Below, piece by piece: positions 1 through 13,346 of a DNA stretch of 64,000 bases. Each line of letters begins with the position of its first letter. Positions within the stretch are counted from its first letter, which is position 1. The notes beneath the pieces were generated by a model. The model was not told where the DNA came from. It saw only the letters and a list, made by a program, of their open reading frames with translations, and ran no database searches. This DNA is from Nageia nagi (taxonomy: Eukaryota; Plantae; Pinophyta), in contig JBITNC010000001.1 in NCBI GenBank assembly GCA_050084985.1, positions 107,880,001-107,944,000 of the forward strand, given 5' to 3'. Position numbers and translations under genes: made by a program.

Positions 1-2419
1 AATACATATAAAAAAAGGGTCAATTATGGTTGGTTTTCTTGATAAGAAAACCACTTGTCTAGTGGCTGGTGATGGGAGTTAAAGGGATGAAATTTTTTGG
101 GTGCCCTCTAATAGCAGACCCCCTCATGCTTATCGACCATTACTTTCCCACTATTGCTCCATCATGGCTTATTATGCATCGACCCTCCATCATAGCCCTC
201 CACCTTCTATCGCCCCTCCATTATTACCTACCATGCGTTGGCCCTCCATCACCCCTCCACCACAACCCTCTGCCCATTGGCCCTTTCATTTATCACCTTC
301 CTCATCATGACTTCTATACTCCCATATATACCATAACTTACATGTAACACTCACCCCTAATGCAACCATTTCTTAGCATGGCCATTCCTTAGGCATCGTA
401 GCTTTATCCTCTACTCACCCCTTAATAGCTTCTTCAGGCACCATAGCTCTATCCTCTATTATCTCCTTCAAATGCAACCTCTCTCTATTGTAGTCTCGCC
501 CCTCCTTGCCTTATCTTCTCTCCTTCAATAGTGACTGCACAAGGAAGGGGGGTGTGGTGGATAACCATTATTTCTTCTCTTCTCCATTTCCTATGCTTTT
601 TTTTCCATTATTTCTTTAAAGGCCTTTGCATTAATTTTTTTTGGTAGGTAACCATCTTGTCTTAATTAAAGACATTTTTTTCCTTGCAAGCAATCTTAGT
701 TGCTTATCCATATGCTTGTCTTTCTTTTAAAAGGGTGTCCTCTCATTTAATTCTCTGACTTGAGGTATAGTAAGTATCAAAAGCAAATGATGGATTATTT
801 ATTTTTCCCTGTTCACTTGGAGAATATTTATTTTAGGAATTCTTTTTGCCTAGAGCTAAAATTTATTAATGCCTTGATAATATATTTGGTACGTATATTT
901 TTTTTAGGATTTTTTTTTGCATACTAAAAGTACTTAAATAGTTAAATGTAAAATTTTTACTTTGGTAAAAATACATTTTTTTAGTATTTACATTAAAATT
1001 GCAAATACTTATAAAAAGAAATTTTTTCATGCTAAGTTATTAAAAGTATGTCCTTTATCTCTAACAAGGGGAATAATTTTAATACTTAGAAAATTTTTTT
1101 TAGCATGCAAGTATTTTTTTAACATTCTTTCCTTAGTTAAATTTCTAAGGTAAAACTAGTATGCTATCTTTAGGGGACAAATATTTAAGTAAAAAGGGGG
1201 GGGGGGGGAATTTGTATAAATTTCTTACTTAATTTTTATCTAGTATGCATACCTTAGTACTAAATTTTTACTTCAAGAGTTGCATGCTTATGCTTAGTAC
1301 TTAAATTTTAAGTTAAATGCATGTTTAACACTTATTTTTTAAGTTAATAAATGCATGCTTAGGAATTTTTTTTTAATTCAATGATACATGCTTATTACTT
1401 AAAAACTTAAGTTATGATTTACTTCCTTTTGCAAAGAATGAACTTGTGCAAAATTAGGAATGATGTAAAAAGATGTCCTTTAGGGGTTAGTAAACAAAAC
1501 CCATTAGACACTTAGGTTTCAAATTTTGAATGGATGATATTTTTACTTATGCTATTTTACTTCATGTTTCGCATTCTAATTTATTTTCTTATGCAAATAA
1601 AAAAATGCAAATATTGATATGAACAATCCCCTAAAATGAACACATCTGCATATACATTTTGTAACATGACTTGTTTGGGGAGCCATGAGGTGAGGATAGG
1701 AAGATTGGAGACTTTAAGTTTGATGATCCAAATGGTGAAAAGTTTATACTTCTCAATTGTCCCTAATTCCTCTATTAGTTTAGACATAACTCCAATAGGT
1801 AGATATATATGTGTGTAGTGATGCCACATGTCCACACATCCATTCAAGGATTATCCTAATAACCTAAGAGGATAACTTGGAACCTAATCAAGATTAATAA
1901 TTTGGTTGATCCAATAAAAATCATAACCTTGGAAAATAGTAGGTACTTCTCCTTATGAGAAAGAAGAATACTAACCAAGGTGAACTTGTTGAGGATTGGT
2001 AGTACTTGGGCTCTTCTTATGTCAACATCTAGGTGAAGGTCTAATTTTTAGATAAGAAAACAAGCCTCAATAATGTTACAATATATCCACAGTTCTTGAG
2101 ATGAAAAATGTATTTGGGTACATGGGTTATTATTTGAGTTGTAAAACATTTGCACTTGTGAATCAAATCAAATATGTCTCTAGTGTTAAAATTTAACATC
2201 TATTATTTACTTGGTTAAAACTTAACATATAATATTATTTATTGAATCACATGCTTATTTATTTTTCACATCCTTGTGTAGCAAATGGGAGACTCCTTTT
2301 TACCCAAACACATTCTTGATGGTTCCAACTTTGGAATTTAGGAACCTTACATGAGAGCTAAGTTGTAACTATTATGGCATCCAAGGTTCTCATTCACTAT
2401 TTACCAAGGTTTTCAAGGT

Positions 2420-5400
2420 AATTGTAACTATTATGGCATCCAAGATCATAAAGAAGTTGATTGCTACAAAAAGAAAAGAGAAAAAAAGAACAAAGGTAAT
2501 GGTAATGTAAAAAACTTCAAAGGAAAGAAGAATATTCAAGCTGGTTTTGCTGCAGTGATCTACTCCATGTATCACTCTTTTTCATCTAATTAGATTGTTG
2601 ACTCTAGTTGCACTAATCACCTATGTTTTGAAAGGGAAAATTTTAAGAACTTTCACAAGTATAGAAAAGATATGGTTGTGATAGGTGATAACTCTATCCT
2701 TAAATTTCAAGGCATTCAAAGTCTGTTAATTCATGAGAAGGTTCTTGAAAATGTGCTCTATGTTCCTAAGCTTAGAATGAACCTTCTCTTCATGATCCAA
2801 GTTACTAGAAAAGGGCACTCTTTTGAGTTTGACTCTCAATTCTAGTGCATTAAGAAAGGAATTGCCATTTTAGTTAAAGGATTAGTGAAAGATGATCTCT
2901 ACATTATGGATCAAGTTCCATCAAAGATGTGTCTTGCTACAAGTGTGTGTTCTAGAGGTAATCTTTGGCACTAATGTTTAAGGAAACCTTAACCATAAGA
3001 GTATTCAATTCATGAAATACTAAGAAATTATGGAAGGTTTTCCTTTAGCTTCACCTTCAATTAGTCTATGTGAGAAGTGCATCCTCAGTAAGATGCATAG
3101 ATAAACTTTTGAAAAAGATAAGGCAATAAGAGCATCTCAACCTCTTCAACTTGTGCATTCAAATTTGATGGGTCTATTTCAGATTAAGTCACTTGGAGGA
3201 GCATCTTATGTATTGACCTTAATTGATGACTTTAGTAGAATGACCTTTAGGTATATACTTGAGCATAAGGATCAAACCTTTGGGAGTTTTAAGGTTTTTA
3301 AGGCCTTATTTGAAAATAAAACTAATCTTAAAATCAAGATATTAAGATCAAATAATGGAGAAGAATATAACGATAATGAGTTCAATGTCTATTGTGATAA
3401 GTATAGAATCACGATACAATTTACAATTCTATACACTCCTCACTAGAATGATGGTGTCAAAAGAAAAAATAGAATAATTATGGAATTGGCCAGATGCATG
3501 TTGGGTAATATTTCTAGTTTTTTATGGGGTGAAGCTATGAGCACTGCTATTTACACCTTGAATAGGTGTCCTACAAAATTCATTTAGGGTAAGACTCCTT
3601 TTGAGGCATGGTTAGACATAAGACCTAACATTTCTCACCTAATGGTGTTTGGTTGTGAAGCATTCTCCTACATTATTTTTGAGAAAAGCAAAAAGTTACA
3701 TAAAAGAATTGAAAAATGCATCTTTGTGGGTTATGACAGTTAGCATAGAGGCTATAAGCTCTACTATCCATCCTACAAAGCCATGTTTATTTCAAGGGAT
3801 GTAAAGTTTAATGAACTTCTTAAATAATCTACTTCTAATGAGGATGTTGATGATCCAAAGGACTCTTCAGTTGCACCTAGCTAGTTAGATATTGATGTAA
3901 ACAAGTCACCTTAGGAAAAAAATTCTCCAGCACAAAGAGTAATAAGGAGTATGACCTTGAACAAATCCTTATTTTCAAGATTGATAACAAGCATGAGCCC
4001 TCAACCTTCAAAAAAGCTTATAAGCACAAGTGCTAGATGGAAGCCATAAAAGTGGAATATGAGCTATTTTTGAAATATGAAACTTGGGATTTGGTTCCTT
4101 ATCCCAATAAGAAAAATGTGATTGGTAATAAGTGGATATTTAATATCAAGTTCAATTATGATTAGTACCCAAAGGTTTTGCTCAAAAATATGATATAGAT
4201 TATGAGAAAACCTTTGCTTCCATGGCAAATATGTCTATTGTGAGAATTATCCTTGCTCTTTCTGTAGCTCAAAGATGACACATTTTTCAACTTGATGTCA
4301 AAAGTGTATTTCTCAATGGTGACTTAGATGTGTAAATCTTTATGAATCAACCATAAAGGTTCATTATGTAAGGCAAAGAGTCCTTTGTGTGCAAGCTAAA
4401 GAAGTGAATATATGGACTTAAGCAAACACCTAGAGCTTGGTACAGAAATATTTTAGGGTATTTTATAGACATTGGTTTCTCAAAATGTTTTTTGACTCTG
4501 ATCTATATGTGTTTAATCAAGGAAAAGATGTGGTCTTGATTCTTCTTTATGTGGATGATCTTCTAATAACTGGGAACAATGAAGAAATCATTCAAGAGTG
4601 CATATCCAAACTTGAGGCAACATTTGAAATGACTAATCTTAGTCTCTTAAACTACTATCTTGGAATGCAAGTGTATCAATAAAAGGATTATACTTATCTT
4701 AATCAATCTAAATATATATCATACATCTTGCAAAAGTTTGGAATGGAGGAATGTAGATATGCTACGATCCTAATCTCTCCTGGAATTACTATTTCTCTAA
4801 GCTCCAACTCTCAATTAGCTAATGCTACAGCTTATAGATAATTAATTGGTAGTCTTTTATGTTTGACTATTTCCAGGCTAGATATTACCTTTGTAGTGAA
4901 TTTGATGGCTCAATTCATGTAGAAACCATATGTTGAACACCTAAATGTTGTTAAGCAAATCTTGAGGTATGTTGCAAGGACTAAGGATCTTACTCTCAAG
5001 TATTCTAATTTTTCTTCATTTATTCTCTTTAGATTCTTAGATTCTAACTAGGGGTAGATAGAGGTGATAGGAAATCAACCTCTGCATATGTGTTTAGCAT
5101 TGGTTTAGGTGTTATCTCTTAGGCTTCTAAGAAGTAGCCTACTATTTTTTTTCCATCATAGAAGCTAAATACCATTCCATGTATGTTGCAACCTAGGAAT
5201 CCATTTGGATAAGGTATCTTCTAAAATAAATTAGGTATGAATAAGGTGGCTCATCTTTGATTTCTTCAGATAATCAATTGATGATCTCTTTGGCTAAGAA
5301 TCCTATGTTTCATTAGAGAATAAAACATGTGTAAATCCATGCCTATTTTATTAGGGATAAGGTTCTTGATGACATCATACACCTAGAGATTATCCATCCA

Positions 5401-5480
5401 CCTTGAAATCCCTTGATTTGTTCACCAAGCCCCTCTTTAAAGCTTAGTTTTGTAAGCTTAAGGATGCCATCAGGTTGGTG
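2420..5480 (+). pseudogene. Copia gag(CCHC)-pol polyprotein pseudogene
   Basis: CNYYGIQDHKEVDC knuckle ~2423; *IVDSSCTNHLC protease ~2590; integrase LVHSNL..SLGGASYVLTLIDDFSR..LRSNNGEEY (3153-3446); RT FQLDVKSVFLNG, LYVDDLLITG (4280-4682); RNaseH D...DRKSTS..SKK, KHV.IH..FIRDK (5040-5480). Many stops and frameshifts. Confidence 0.93.
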
Positions 5481-6214
5481 AAGTTTCCCTTAACGGGAAG
5501 TGAAGTTTAAATTCTTATGTTGAATTCATGTTTATGATGACAACTTCACCCCTAGGAGGGATTTGTGCTATATAATATTGATTTTGTTGTACACCTTCGT
5601 GGTAAGTTTTCTTTGCATGAGGAACTTATTATATAAATTTTTAAAGCAAAAGATTGGCCAATATAGCACTGTTTAGTTATCCATGTGTGAGGAACTCTTA
5701 TGTGTTTTTTGACACTATTCAATTATCCATATGTAAAGAACTTGTATGTGCATGCTCTATTTTGTAATGATAATCAACACATATTTTATATACAGTAGGT
5801 GACTATGAGTTTTGGCATGGCATATTCATGATGACTTATAGTACACCATTGATCAGTTCATGATGGCATTTGAGTGATTCATCTATCCTTGTGGATATGA
5901 ATATGTTGCATCTAACCAATTTTATTATTTGAGCTGCTTATGACTTGCAAGTTCCTTTGAGATTGTAGGTTAATTACTTCAAGTATGCAGGCTCTTAGAG
6001 ACTCTTCATGCCTTCTAATTAGATGACTACTTCATGTACATTGAAATTAGTTATGGTTAATGATTGTATTTGGAAAAGTAGTGAGTCTCAAACTAGATCT
6101 TTCTTACTTCATAAATATGTAAAACATTTTCATCTCCATTGTATTTGTTTGGAGGAGAACTCTCTTACTTTCTCTCTTTCTTCTCTCTTATTTTCTCTAT
6201 CCCAATATTGCATT

Positions 6215-6223
6215 AAGGGGGAA
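6215..6223 (+). other. Polypurine tract of the Copia element
   Basis: aagggggaa immediately before TGTTGG at 6224. Confidence 0.8.
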
Positions 6224-6737
6224 TGTTGGAATGTATAATTCATTATTGTAAAGGTTATGCAATAATCTTTTATGTAAGTTCACTAATACTTAAGGGTATA
6301 ATTTGATGCCTTAAGTATTTAAGTGAATATGAGAATATAACTTGTCTTACACTCCATGTCATGAGCATGCCCCTTGGGTACAAGGATGTGCATGTCATGC
6401 TTTTGTACATTGGATAAAAAGGTGATCCAAAGAGGGATTTTAGCCTATAAATATAAGACTCTCTCTTTGTGATCACATACCAATTTGTGGAGTAAAGTTA
6501 TGCTATAGGATAGTGTTTAGGAGATAAGAATAGGAGATTTGTAAGAGCTCATATTTGTGAATGAAGTGAGATATAGTTAGTGGATGTACTCCTAGTTGGA
6601 GGAACCACTTATATCTTGAGTTATCTTAGTGAGATTACTTTGTGAGTTTGTTAGATGTGATTTGTGAGCTTACATGTGATCTTGGGAGTTTAAAGTTGCT
6701 TATGTTATAGTTCATTTCTCTCAAGAGAAATTGTACA
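6224..6737 (+). repeat. 3' LTR of the Copia element
   Basis: Starts TGTTGG after the PPT, contains cctataaata at ~6444, and ends TGTACA where homology to the 21030+ repeat resumes. Confidence 0.7.
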
Positions 6738-7620
6738 AAACACATTAAGTATGAAGATTTTTTTTAAGATGTTTTAGGTGCAAAAAATATGGACACAAAG
6801 AAATAATGTCTATTATCTCAAGAATGTTCTTAGTACTTCCCTACAAAAAGGAATACTATGAATGGTTTTAATGAATACTATATACTCAATGGTTAACATG
6901 CGAATCTATAATAACCTAGAATTGAAAACAAAGAAGCTTTATGCATCTATGAGAACTCATCAAAAATACCAATGATTCAAATTTTGGTATCTAATAAGAA
7001 ACAAATGACCACCACACATCTATTTCAACCATAGGAAAAATTAAACTTGGTACCCAACATAAATCAAAAGACCAACCCAAAGAAGAAAATGAATTGACTA
7101 CTAAATATTCCTTAGGATTGATTGTTCAAAAGATAAGTTCCTCGAGTATCAAATCCTCTCATACACCTATCAAAGAGGAAAATGAAGCAATTTTGACTTC
7201 AATGAATGTAAACTCTTCTAAACAACATGGGTCAACTAGAAGAGTCAAGGAAAAAAATAAAATAAAAGCTACCAATGTAAATCCAATTAGTTCTTCATAA
7301 AAAGTTATAATTTTTGGGAAACTCTTGATGCAAAGTATGAAACTTTTGTGAATGATTTAGAAGGTGCAACACATAATTACTACCTTAGAAGTATGAAATG
7401 CAATAATACTTTTCCATATTTAGCAACACTAATATAGGATAAAACATAAGAAAGCTCATTTGAGTTGAAGAAGGCAAAGCATAAATATATAGTTAATTGA
7501 CTATGAAGCTATCATGTATATGTAATACATTTATGGCTATGAATGTAATATTTGAAATAATTTTATGTTAATACAAAATTTGAATCTTGTATAAAAATAT
7601 CTCTTTATTGCAAAAATAAT
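6738..7620 (+). mobile_element. ORF1-only L1-derived (HAL1-like) element, copy A, 3' half (5' half displaced by the Copia insertion)
   Basis: Colinear with 21028-21896 from cacattaagtatgaa/cacattgagtatgaa onward. Encodes RCFRCKKYGH knuckle at ~6768 and ends in an A-rich tail. Confidence 0.75.
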
Positions 7621-9229
7621 TATGAGCAAGCTCAAATTATGTGAGGATAGTTTGTGATTTTTTCACCATGAGATCTTCCTACATGGTTTTTTATTTGATT
7701 TCTAAGGCTTGCACTATTTTCACTTCTCATTGAATTCACTTGAAATATTTTGAAATTGGGTTTCCATGCATACTGAATTTACTTCACCTAGGTTAGAGAT
7801 TTGTATATCTTTTTTAATAGAGAATGCTAAAAATGAAAACTCAATTAATATTGAGTCTTCTAGAGTAAGCAATGGTACCAAGGAAGTGACCTAAGGAGTT
7901 CATGGAGAAGGTGTACCATGAGGTAACATTTCCATTCTAAAAATTTCTATTCCTATTGATGCTTTTCATAATTCTTGTGAATGGTTTGAAAGTCATATTA
8001 TAATAGCATACTTCTTAGGGAGAATCCCAAATGATACTTTGTTGAGTTCATGGATGAATCATGTTTGGGGTTAGTATGGTATTACTGTAGACACTATTTA
8101 CAACCTCACCAAGGTTACTTTTTATTTTACTTTTCTAAGAAAGAATATGCCTAAAACAAATTATCTTGTGTTACTTGGTCTATGTGAAATTCCCTTATGA
8201 TCTTGCAATCTTATAAGAAATATTTCTTAGTTGATAAGGTAGCTTCCATTGAGGTACCTATTTAGGTTAAATTTTTAGGTTTTCACATCCCTTATTGGAA
8301 TTTTCTACACAAAGTGTCAGCCCCTTTAGGAGAGTTTATCTACTTTGAAGGAAATATTTTTTTTTTTACGCTTCCCACAAGAAGGGTATGTATTAAGGTA
8401 GACCTCTCAAAGGAATTACAAGACTTTGTTAACATTAAAATTAGTAATTAAATCTTACAATATGAAGTTAATTATATCAAATTGTTAGAAACTTATTACC
8501 ATTTTTAGTATAAATCCCATAAAATCAAGGATTATCCTCTTCTGGTTGGTCACTTTCAAACCAACTTTGTTCCTACTAATAATGGCCAAAGTACACATGG
8601 TACAAATGTTAGGGGTAATATTAATACAATAAATGATCCATAAGATGCCAATAATAATCAATATGGTTGGTCCATTATCCCTCATCAAAGGAACAAATAA
8701 GAAAATTCATAACCTTAAAGCTACCTAGTTGTGCAATAAGTTCCCCCTCTGCATGTGCAAGAGATCCCCCGCACCACTTCCACCCATCTACCTCAATCAC
8801 TCCCTTTCTTAAAATGTGGTAATATGGTTATTTGGGCCCCACCAAGTTCTATCTTTTCAAATCCCTTACTAAAGGAAGGTTCTAACCCTGGGGCTTGACC
8901 TACCCCCAAATAATTAACCTCCTTAATGTTTTGTCATCCTCTCCTTGAAGATCAAACCCTTCATAGAGGTTGAAAGAGGAGGCATGATAAAGTGTATGAT
9001 ATAATAAATAATAATATGTTTTCTTCCATAAGTAACTTGGGAGAAGTAAAAGATGAAAATATTTTGGAGGTCTCACACCCTAACATTCCCCAATGATTTA
9101 TCTCTCTTGGAACATGAGAGGTTTGACAAACCCAATCCAAAAATATAGAGTCAATAATGAATTTGATAAGTTGTTTCATTAAGTTGGTAGATAGGATATT
9201 ATGTTTTTGCAAGAGGTTAAGGTAGTTGA

Positions 9230-12200
9230 CACTTGCTTGGAATTTGCATGTAAATCTTTTTATTCAACTTAAGGAGTTTTACATGTCACTAATCATGAGC
9301 ATAGTAGGGGATATTGTCACCTTTATTTCCACTAGATGGCAATCACACATTATGATCTAGGGAGTGGACCCCACCTATTAGGTCACATGGAATCTATTAA
9401 AAATTAAGTATAAGCCCCTTGGTATCATTAATATGTATTCCTTTAATCACATATCAGATAGATGTATTTTATGGTGATGACTAGCTTTTTTTATTACTCA
9501 AGGCCACATGAATTCTCTATGGTGATTTCAACATGATTGAAAAAGATGCTGATAGGAAAATTTTTAACCCCATGAGGTGGTGTTTATAGTAAAGAGAATA
9601 TTTCTTTTTTCTAAAAAATAAACTCAATTTATCAGACCCCAACAGCTATTTTTTTATTAATGATTTCCCTAATGAGAAGTGGTTTACTTAGAATAATTCA
9701 TAAGTTGGGTCTAAAAGAATATTCTCTATATTGGATTGTGTTATGATTTACTCTTGTGATACATTTTTGGATTGTTAGAGCTTCCTCCTCCATCCCCTTT
9801 ATATTGATTATTCTAGGAACTACCCTATCTGATCACTCACCTATGCAGTTCATAATTGATCTAGTTGAGAGTCAACCAAAGAAATTCCCATCTTAATTTT
9901 ATATGAATGTGTTTATAGGCAAAGAAGTGGCCAAAAGAAGGAAAATTTCCAACAATATCCTAAAAAATAAATTTGCCAAATGCTTTGCAAAGCTAGAGAG
10001 GAACCCCTTTGATCTTGCTCTATAGGACCATGTGGTTGCAATTAAGTTTGAAATTCAAAAAGTTAAGGTCTATGAAGCAAAGGATGCACAACTAGGGCTA
10101 CCTTCATTGGCTTAAAATAGGGGATAAACTATCAAAATAATTATTTGGATATTTATACCTCTAGCTAATTATGCCCAATTTTCTGCTCTTCTTGTTGATT
10201 TTGTTAATCACTATTAGAAAGTATTTTATTCCTATCCTCTAAATAATGCTAAACATAAAGCCTTAGATGAGTGTTGTTATGTTATCCCAATTAGAGTTTC
10301 TACAAAGCAGAGGGCCTTATGTGATTCTCACCTTTCTATGATGATTTGGAATAAGCTCTGTCTATTATAGCTAATGAAAAGGCTCTCGGTATTGATGGAT
10401 TTCTATATGAATTTTACAAAAAGTATTGGGATTTGGTCGATCTTGACCTTTTGATGGTATACAATAAAGTTGTTCACACTAGATCTCTTAGTCCCATCAT
10501 TAATAAAGGTAATATCAAATTCATTCCCAAAGGAGACCCTGAAGTAATAACCAATTGGAGGCCCATTACTTTGCTCAATATTGGTTATAATATTATTACA
10601 AAAGCTCTTACCCTCAAGCTTAAACCTATCTTTCCTCTTATAATCCATATAGAGAAAACTAATTTTGTGAAAGTAAGGTATATCTTGGATAATGTTATTA
10701 TTTTTGGGGAAGGTATGGAGTAGGCATAGGTCTCTAACCAACTTGCCATTTTTATCAAGATTGAATTTGAAAATGCTTATGATAGAATTGAATGGTACAT
10801 CATCACTATAATGCTCAAAGCTCTAGGATTTGACCCCTTCTTTATTAAGACAATTTTTATGTTATTTAAGTATGTGTCTATTATTCTATCTTTAATAAGC
10901 TTCAATCTCAAAGCATTCCTCTTTGTAGGTATATCAGACAAGGTTTCCCTCTAGCTCCTTCCTTATTCATTTCAATTGCAAAAGCTTTTAGGTATATAGT
11001 GGCTGCCCATAAAACTAGTCAAGGTTTGGTGAAAGGTATTTCCCTTCCAAATACCCCTATATAGTTAATCAGTGGATATTTTACTAATGAATCATTCCTC
11101 ATCCTTATTAAATAAGAGTGCTTTGTAACCACTACCTTGGAATGCCTAAATACCTTTCACTATGCATTTGGCTTCAGTATTCAATGGAGCAAGACATCAT
11201 GCTTTAGACAAGATACTTTTTATACACCCTCATAGCTCATTTATAAACCTTAGAAATGGATTCAACATGGAGAGATGTTCAAATTCTTCGGTATTTCCTT
11301 TGCTTTTCAAGGAGCCCCAACTCAAATCTAAAATTCTCTAGTTCATAAAGTAGAAAAAATGCTTGTATATTAGTCTACTAAGAATCTTTCCTTGGTGTAA
11401 TTCTAAATCTGTTACAAAGTCTTAGCCTCCACACATGTTTACTATTCCTCATGTTAGGTCTCATCAAAGAATTACTACATTAAGCTAGAAAAATTGCTTA
11501 GAGACTTTATTTGGTCTAATGTTGTTGGTAAGATTGGTTTTCATAGAGTTTCTTGGGAATTTTGTTGTCTTCCTAAATATTATGGGGGTTTGGCTCTATT
11601 TGACTATCAGAAATAAGTTTATATTTTGTGTTCTAAATGGATTATTCATGCTCTTAAAGGTGATAAAATTTGGAAAGTTCTAGTTAGAAATTATTTTCTT
11701 TTTTGTCTTCCTCAAGGAAAAAAGGTGTCTAAGGGGTTAAATATCCAAAAAGTTATCATTGCTTTGGTTCTAATTGCAATCTAAGGTTCATTTATTATTC
11801 ATTGCATTTGGAAGGCTTGAGAGACTTTCAAACCTAATTTTCCTTGAAAGGGGTCAAAGGTAGACCAAGTTCTTAAATCCTTTTTTTAAATATTTGGTGG
11901 TCCCTTGTGATTCATATCCAAGGGGTGCCTCTTGCTAAAATTCAATGGGTTCATACTTGAAGATTTTACAAAAAAGGTATTATTTATTTATCTAAATTTA
12001 TGAGCCCTCAATCTAAGGATTGGATTCCCTAGGAAAGCTTTTGAAAGAAATTCAATTTATTATAAAAGGATAAAGTGACATATGAAGTTGTTATGGAACA
12101 TACTCCTCTTACTATATATTCTAAAGTGTTTAGGTATTTCTAAAAACTATGGTGGGAGGATTGGGTATGGCCTAAAGAAACCCCTTTATTGAAGTTCAAA

Positions 12201-12750
12201 ACTAGGGTAACCTATTCATTGCTATCTCCTATAGTTCCCAAGCAAGATAAATTTAACTATAATTAGGATTTAGTCCCTTCTAAATCCTCTTGGGTTAGAA
12301 GATTCAAAGTAGTTTGGGAAAAATATCTTGAACCTAAAAAGGATTTTCTTTGTTGGAGCTTGATTTATCAAGGCCTTCCCATAAGTTATCGACTAAGATA
12401 TATGGGTTTATTTGATACCACTTATAAAAATTATTTAGAGGAGGAAGATTGTAAACATATTTTTTAGGATTGCTCAAGAGCTCATGAGGCCTGGAGTTGG
12501 ATTTTATCCCTTTGTAGACCTTATATGAGGAGCCATTATTCTTGGGTTCATATCCTTCTAGGTGACTCTATTAAAGTTTTAGAAAATTATTTTTTGTTTG
12601 GCATATTTTCAAAGTTGGAATCCTATTTCACATATGGAAAATAAGGAATAAGATATTTTTTTCAAAAAGGGCTCCCTCTCTTTCCTTTTCCTTTTCTGAT
12701 AAATATGATATGGTTTATGATTGTTGGTCATAGATAATTAATCATGCAAA
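9230..12750 (+). pseudogene. LINE ORF2 (endonuclease - reverse transcriptase - zf-RVT) pseudogene
   Basis: ORF 10433-10723 is a clear non-LTR RT segment; flanking motifs lie in shifted frames with many stops. Confidence 0.88.
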
Positions 12751-12942
12751 AAACATTTTTCTATAAGTTCATCATCTACAAATCTTACTTAATCACTGGG
12801 GGAATGCACCATGTAGCAATAATCATGTACCTCTAATTTGGGAAGACAAACCACTAGCCTATGCTCCTCCTCATGTCAAAGGGTGTACCAAGTCTTAGAG
12901 TAATGAATTACAAGCTCCTCTTGATAAGATCTGATCTCAATT

Positions 12943-13333
12943 TGTTACGATGCTATGAATATGAAAGGAAAATATTGCAAAAATGTAAATAAATATTGAT
13001 TTGAATAGGAAAATGGAAACTAATCTAATGGAAATAATAGAACATGTGTTGATAAGTAGAACATGAAATAACAACAATAAGCATAATAGTAACGAAATCA
13101 CAAGTTGCTTTGAGGGGGATACCTCCTTATAATTCCAAAAGTGAAAAATAATGTTCAAGATGCCTTTGTCCACACACTTCTACCTATGTATAATATACTA
13201 ACCCTAACCCTAATAGTCATGCAAAATCAAGCCCCACCCTTACAATCACAATATTAAGGTTTATAATATAGGCTAACAATTTAATTAAAATACTAATACT
13301 AACACTAAGATGTTAGGATGTGGGATCCTAACA
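12943..13333 (-). repeat. 3' LTR of the Reina-like element
   Basis: tgttacgatg...gatcctaaca; direct repeat of 18500-18911. Confidence 0.95.
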
Positions 13334-13346
13334 TGCCACCCCTCTT
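13334..13346 (-). other. Polypurine tract of the Reina-like element
   Basis: Minus strand aagaggggtggca abutting the LTR TG. Confidence 0.85.

Larger units (their letters stand above)
1..6737 (+). mobile_element. Ty1/Copia LTR retrotransposon, degenerate; 5' LTR not visible in the window (probably upstream)
   Basis: Copia domain order zinc knuckle-PR-INT-RT-RH at 2420-5480, PPT at 6215-6223, and a TG...CA LTR at 6224-6737. Assigning 1-2400 to the element is inferred. Confidence 0.8.

Noticed and set aside
69-347. Pro/His-rich ORFs
   Set aside because: Product of a C-rich low-complexity tract; no domain or splice support.
13199-13213. Telomere-like taaccctaaccctaa (also at ~18777)
   Set aside because: Only about two units, inside both LTRs; not an interstitial telomere array.
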